Source: Candidatus Omnitrophota bacterium
Lineage (GTDB): Bacteria > Omnitrophota > Gorgyraeia > Zapsychrales > JANLHA01
Direction: 5' to 3'
NCBI GenBank assembly: GCA_963662715.1
Contig: OY759724.1
Location: 2,074,662 to 2,138,661 of the forward strand
Length of the DNA stretch: 64,000 nt
Each line of letters starts with the position of its first letter. Position 1 is the first letter of the stretch. Positions 60,220 through 64,000 of this stretch are shown here, one piece after another. The notes beneath the pieces are model-generated. The model was not told the DNA's origin. It searched no databases and was given only the letters and a program-made list of their open reading frames with translations. The position numbers and the translations under genes were made by a program.

Positions 60220-60630
60220 ATGAGAAAGATGTTGCGGAAGAGTTTGAATATCGGCGTCGCCGGGTATTTCTTCGTCAGCCTGTTGTTTCTTCTTCTGTCG
60301 GGATGTGCTTCTTTTGGGCAGCAAAAAGGATCTCTTCAGAAAACGGACGGGAAGCTCCGAAAAGAAACGAAAGAAGAGATCCTTTCCGCGGCAGGGACAG
60401 TTGTGGAAGCCGTGAGCGGACAGGATATGACAGAAGAGGAATTAAAGGATTTTGTGGAGAATATGCGCAAGGATGAAGAGGCTCAGGAGGCGGTGGAAAC
60501 CATCGCTGATGCCTTGGACCAGAATCATAAAAAAGTGAAATATTGCCCTGTGACCGGAAAAAGATACCGTTATAGTCTTGAAAGATGTCCGATTCATAAT
60601 GTGCCGTTGAAAGTATTAGGGGAAGAATAA
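60220..60630 (+). CDS. Hypothetical lipoprotein with a C-terminal Cys/His pair (possible zinc ribbon)
   Basis: Lipobox LLLSGC after a basic N-region (MRKMLRKSLNIGVAGYFFVSLLFLLLSGCAS). C-terminus has YCPVTGKRYRYSLERCPIHNVP. The start was chosen downstream of the lepB stop. Confidence 0.45.
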   Translation: MRKMLRKSLNIGVAGYFFVSLLFLLLSGCASFGQQKGSLQKTDGKLRKETKEEILSAAGTVVEAVSGQDMTEEELKDFVENMRKDEEAQEAVETIADALDQNHKKVKYCPVTGKRYRYSLERCPIHNVPLKVLGEE

Positions 60631-60663
60631 TGCTTTGCGGTTGTGATATTTTTGGTTCGCCCC

Positions 60664-61236
60664 ATGCCGGTTACCTTAGCCAATAGGATTACTCTTATCC
60701 GTATTTTGTTAGTGCCATTTTTTATCATGGCGCTTTTGTATTATTCCCCTGAACAAACCTTTTGGCTTCGTGTGGCTTTGGCGATATTATTGCTGGCGGT
60801 GTTCTCGGATATCGCCGACGGGTATTTGGCGAGAAAACGGGGCGAGAAAAGTTCTTTGGGAATTCTGCTGGACCCGTTAGCCGATAAAATGTTATTGATG
60901 AGCGGTTTTATCTGCCTGAATCAGATCGGCGTTCATTTGCCTGTTTTTAGATTCCCGACGTGGTTGATCGTGACGGCCATCAGCAGAGATGTTGTCCTGA
61001 TCGTCGGTTCCGCTTTGATCGTCATTCATCACGGGAGCCTGTGCATTGAAGCGACCTGGTGGGGCAAAATTTCCACGATGAGCCAGGTTGCTGTCATCGC
61101 GGGGATGTTGTTGCAGTGGTCCTGGTCGGAATTGTTGTGGCCTTTTGTCGTCTTGTCCTGCGGGGTGTCAGGCCTGGACTATTTGATGAAAGGATTTAAA
61201 TTATTAAACATCGAGAATCCCGGAGGTTCGTCCTGA
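60664..61236 (+). CDS. pgsA: CDP-alcohol phosphatidyltransferase (PgsA-like)
   Basis: Motif DIADGYLARKRGEKSSLGILLDPLADK (D-x2-DG-x2-AR...G-x3-D-x3-D). Confidence 0.7.
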   Translation: MPVTLANRITLIRILLVPFFIMALLYYSPEQTFWLRVALAILLLAVFSDIADGYLARKRGEKSSLGILLDPLADKMLLMSGFICLNQIGVHLPVFRFPTWLIVTAISRDVVLIVGSALIVIHHGSLCIEATWWGKISTMSQVAVIAGMLLQWSWSELLWPFVVLSCGVSGLDYLMKGFKLLNIENPGGSS

Positions 61237-61260
61237 CGGGAGTTAACAGAGGATAACAAC

Positions 61261-61881
61261 ATGTTCCTTTTATGGGGATTGATTCTGAGTTATTTGATCG
61301 GCTCGTTTCCAACGGCCTATGTTTTTGTCCGGGTGCTGAAAGGTGTCGATATCAGAGACTATGGTTCGGGCAATGTCGGAGCCACGAATGCCTCCCGTGT
61401 TTTGGGAAAAGGGCCGGGGCTCTTTGTCCTTTTCCTTGATGTCGTCAAGGGCATCCTGCCTGTCGTATGGCTGGGAGGCGCTTTATCCTTGGAGGGCATT
61501 GTTGAATGTGTTTTGTTAGGCGTTGCCGTCGTCTGCGGGCATAACTGGTCCGTCTTTTTAAGGTTCAAAGGGGGGAAAGGCATTGCTACAAGTCTGGGCG
61601 TGTTAATCGGCCTGGCTATGAATTTCCCCCCTTTTCGCCCGGTCCTGATTCTGACATTATCTTTGTGGACAGTTATTTTCTTCGTGACGGGTTATGTTTC
61701 GCTTTCCTCTATAACCGCGGGGTTCGGCTTGCCTGTCTTTATGATCCTGACACATCAGGTTGTAGAGATGATTATTCTAGGATGTATACTTTGTGTCTTT
61801 GTTTTTCTCCGGCATATCCCCAATATCCGACGGCTCCTTCAGGGGCAGGAGTCCCGCATGAATTTGTTCCCCAGAAAGTGA
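61261..61881 (+). CDS. plsY: Glycerol-3-phosphate acyltransferase PlsY
   Basis: LIGSFPTAYVFVRVLKGVDIRDYGSGNVGATNASRVLGK. RBS GAGG upstream. Confidence 0.85.
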   Translation: MFLLWGLILSYLIGSFPTAYVFVRVLKGVDIRDYGSGNVGATNASRVLGKGPGLFVLFLDVVKGILPVVWLGGALSLEGIVECVLLGVAVVCGHNWSVFLRFKGGKGIATSLGVLIGLAMNFPPFRPVLILTLSLWTVIFFVTGYVSLSSITAGFGLPVFMILTHQVVEMIILGCILCVFVFLRHIPNIRRLLQGQESRMNLFPRK

Positions 61882-61923
61882 ATTTCTCTTTCTTTCGGCT
61901 TATTTCCGTAAGTCCTATATTCC

Positions 61924-61956
61924 CTGCGGGTAGGGGTGCCCACCTGCGCAGCTTTT
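61924..61956 (+). terminator. Possible terminator hairpin after plsY (CTGCGGGT...ACCTGCGCAG, then CTTTT and an A-run)
   Basis: Imperfect inverted repeat read from the sequence; the T-tract is only 4 nt. Confidence 0.3.
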
Positions 61957-62143
61957 AAAAAAAATATTGCATAAAAAATTGCCGGTTAAAGAAAGCGTTT
62001 TTTTGTCCCGTCGCTGCCGGAAAAATATTTTTGAAAGAAAGCGCTTTCTCCCCTAAAAGGCGATGACCTTGCCTGCCGGAATCCACATGTTATACTTTGA
62101 TTGTAAGTTCCCAATAAACATTCTTGCCCTTGAGGGGGAGGAC

Positions 62144-62497
62144 ATGCGGAAAATATTATATAAAAAACGCCATTCTTTTAAACACCGTCGGAAAATTATT
62201 TTGATTAAAGAGATGGCCGAAGATAAAGAATGCCGGACAATAGTTCAAAAAAGTTTTATTTACAAAATTAGAAATTCGGGGTATACTAATACTGTTGATA
62301 CGCATCCAGAGATATTCGTTAGAAAACATATTGATAACAAACAGCAGAAAGAAGTTTTTCATTTTAAAGTTAAAGGTTCATTCTCATTGAGGCAGGGACG
62401 GCATTCTTACAAAGTTGAATTTTGTCATATTTTGAAAATAAATATTTTTTGGAAAGCAAAAATTTTCTCCCCCAAAAAGTCAGGAACTCTGACTTAG
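62144..62497 (+). CDS. Small basic ORFan protein (117 aa) in an AT-rich island
   Basis: Strong RBS GAGGGGGAGG 3 nt upstream of the ATG. Local GC is far below the window average. Followed by a perfect terminator. I recognised no family. Confidence 0.45.
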   Translation: MRKILYKKRHSFKHRRKIILIKEMAEDKECRTIVQKSFIYKIRNSGYTNTVDTHPEIFVRKHIDNKQQKEVFHFKVKGSFSLRQGRHSYKVEFCHILKINIFWKAKIFSPKKSGTLT

Positions 62498-62529
62498 CTG
62501 CTTGTGTTTAATCAACACTAGCCGAGGAT

Positions 62530-62566
62530 GAGCGGCAGTCTTTTCGAAGACTGCCGCTCGTTTTTT
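62530..62566 (+). terminator. Rho-independent terminator (13-bp perfect stem GAGCGGCAGTCTT/AAGACTGCCGCTC, TTCG loop, TTTTTT)
   Basis: Read directly from the sequence, 33 nt after the ORFan stop. Confidence 0.8.
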
Positions 62567-62665
62567 ATTCAATAAAATCTTATCTTGAAAACAAAGCACT
62601 TTTTCTATAAACTACCATTAATATTAGAAATTAAAAAAGACTAATAATTTAATATATATTGTCTT

Positions 62666-63433
62666 ATGAGAAACAAAATCGTATGGCTACCTGTTATCAT
62701 ATCAGTGTTGGGCTGTGCTACCGTTCATCCTGATAATAATATATCTCCGCAGACCCCCGTTGGCACTACAGAACAACAGGAGGATGTTGCCGACACAGAG
62801 CTGGATATCCCAGACACCTCCCCGGCTTCTGTTTTAGAGGATATCTCCTTGCAGGATGTGGCAGAGGAATCAGCTTCTTCAGCAGAGGAAGCAGAAAGAT
62901 TGTTAATCCCTTCCGGGTCCGTGTTCGCCAAGACCGTGTTTGAAGGTGTTGTAAAAACAAGCTATGTCCAATTGAGTATTGTTGACATCACCGACCCCCA
63001 AAAAGTTTTTCAACTGATCATCGGGGACAAGGACCGGCAGAAAAATTTGCCGTGGAATATTCAGACAGTCAAACCAGGCTATTTCTTTATCGATTTGCCT
63101 GTTGGGCGGTATCGGATTAATTCGATTACGATCCCCGTGGGGACAACTTTAGCCACAGAGCCGATGGACGTTTCTTTTGATGTTGAGCTGGACAAAACGA
63201 TTTACCTCGGGACATTAAGAGTCATTGGAGAAAAGGAGCGGATTAAACTCGGCGGTGTCCCGATTATCAAGCCGGGTTTTGAATATACCTTGCAGGTCCT
63301 CGATGAAAGAACAGAAGCTCAGAAGGAGTTCCTGCGACGCTTCCCGGAACATCATGGCAGCATTGATTACCAGCTCATGGAAATCAACGCCTTCCGTAAT
63401 ACCCACGAACTTCTCCAGAAGGATAATTCCTGA
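62666..63433 (+). CDS. Hypothetical lipoprotein with acidic linker
   Basis: Lipobox VLGC (MRNKIVWLPVIISVLGCATV) and a D/E-rich low-complexity segment before a beta-rich C-terminal domain. Confidence 0.5.
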   Translation: MRNKIVWLPVIISVLGCATVHPDNNISPQTPVGTTEQQEDVADTELDIPDTSPASVLEDISLQDVAEESASSAEEAERLLIPSGSVFAKTVFEGVVKTSYVQLSIVDITDPQKVFQLIIGDKDRQKNLPWNIQTVKPGYFFIDLPVGRYRINSITIPVGTTLATEPMDVSFDVELDKTIYLGTLRVIGEKERIKLGGVPIIKPGFEYTLQVLDERTEAQKEFLRRFPEHHGSIDYQLMEINAFRNTHELLQKDNS

Positions 63434-63596
63434 AAATATTTTTGAATTTTTGCCGGATCCTCAGCGGAACAAGAGAAAAGAATCGCTGCGGGGAACTAAA
63501 AAAAGTGCAAGAACAGATGGTCAGTTGGGATCTTTATGGTAAAATACGTTCTATAAGTCTTTATTGAGTAAGATTTAACCGTAAAGGAGGTTCTTC

Positions 63597-64000
63597 ATGT
63601 CCAGGACATTAGCTCTTGTTGTTATAGTGATGATGGTGTTGTCGGGATGCGTGACATCATCTCCTAATTCTAGCAATGTCAATATGCTGCAGATGCGGGT
63701 CGGTGAGCTTGAGCGGGAAGTGCAGACAAAGGATAATGAGATCAAAGATTTGCAGTATCAGATTAAAGATTTGAGTTATGAGATTGACCGGTTGAAAAAT
63801 AAATCCCCCCGTATGGAAAAGCGGCCTGCCGTAAGCTCAGCGGTTCCCGCCAGCAGTAAAACAGAGGCGGATGATGATATTATCCGGGTTAAAGCCAGTA
63901 TCCGGCAGGTGCAGGTGGCTCTGAAGAAAGCCGGTTATTATAAAGGAAACATCGACGGGAAAGTCGGAGACATGACCAAGACCGCTATCAGCGATTTTCA
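63597..64000 (+). CDS. Lipoprotein with coiled-coil and C-terminal peptidoglycan-binding-like domain; 3' end outside the window
   Basis: RBS AAAGGAGG 7 nt upstream. Lipobox LSGC. Heptad-like NEIKDLQYQIKDLSYEIDRLKN. PG_binding_1-like VQVALKKAGYYKGNIDGKVGDMTKTAISDF. No stop codon before the window end. Confidence 0.55.
   Translation, partial: MSRTLALVVIVMMVLSGCVTSSPNSSNVNMLQMRVGELEREVQTKDNEIKDLQYQIKDLSYEIDRLKNKSPRMEKRPAVSSAVPASSKTEADDDIIRVKASIRQVQVALKKAGYYKGNIDGKVGDMTKTAISDF

Noticed and set aside
62063-62143. Upstream extension of the ORFan (MTLPAGIHMLYFD...)
   Set aside because: That extension would cover the promoter-like region. The in-frame ATG 62144 has a near-perfect RBS, so the shorter form is preferred.
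1-64000. CRISPR arrays, integrases, transposases, restriction-modification or toxin-antitoxin pairs
   Set aside because: I looked for direct-repeat/spacer periodicity and for recognisable recombinase, nuclease or TA motifs in all ORFs. None were found. The only composition anomaly is the AT-rich island at 61882-62570.

Overview
This is a bacterial chromosomal window of about 50% GC. Sixty of the 61 genes I call are on the + strand; the exception is one GGDEF gene. The window falls into eight blocks.
(1) 1-23155 is a surface-glycan locus (O-antigen/EPS/S-layer-glycan type). It encodes GT1, GT2 and GT26 transferases, a DPM1/GtrB-like polyprenyl-phosphate sugar synthase, a YfhO-like GT-C enzyme, three Wzy_C (O-antigen ligase/polymerase family) membrane proteins and two GDP-mannose 4,6-dehydratase paralogues. 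It also has wecB, a WecG/TagA-type transferase, an AsnB-type amidotransferase, a fused two-domain oxidoreductase, a SAM methyltransferase and a WbaP-type initiating phosphoglycosyltransferase.
(2) pgk-tpiA-secG.
(3) A five-gene Opp/Dpp-type ABC importer.
(4) A TPR-membrane protein, glgC, fabV, a small HTH gene and an ACP.
(5) smc, which appears frameshifted, convergent with a GAF-GGDEF gene that is also split.
(6) cvpA, nif3, dnaG, rpoD, two tRNAs, a COG1579 zinc-ribbon protein, rnhA, RNase P RNA, yebC, ruvC, ruvA and scpB.
(7) The aromatic amino-acid genes pheA, hisC, a DAHP synthase and tyrA, then cmk, lepA, lepB, pgsA and plsY.
(8) A short AT-rich island carrying an ORFan with a perfect intrinsic terminator, followed by lipoprotein genes.
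I found no CRISPR array, integrase, transposase or recognisable defence system. The most unusual content is the glycan locus: three Wzy_C paralogues, a soluble DPM1-like GT2 plus YfhO module, duplicated gmd and a fused oxidoreductase. After that come the indel-like disruptions in smc and the GGDEF gene, a possible third one at the substrate-binding-protein start, an RNase P RNA whose 5' end overlaps the rnhA stop, and the AT-rich ORFan. Every functional call is from motif-level reading of the translations; no database search was run.
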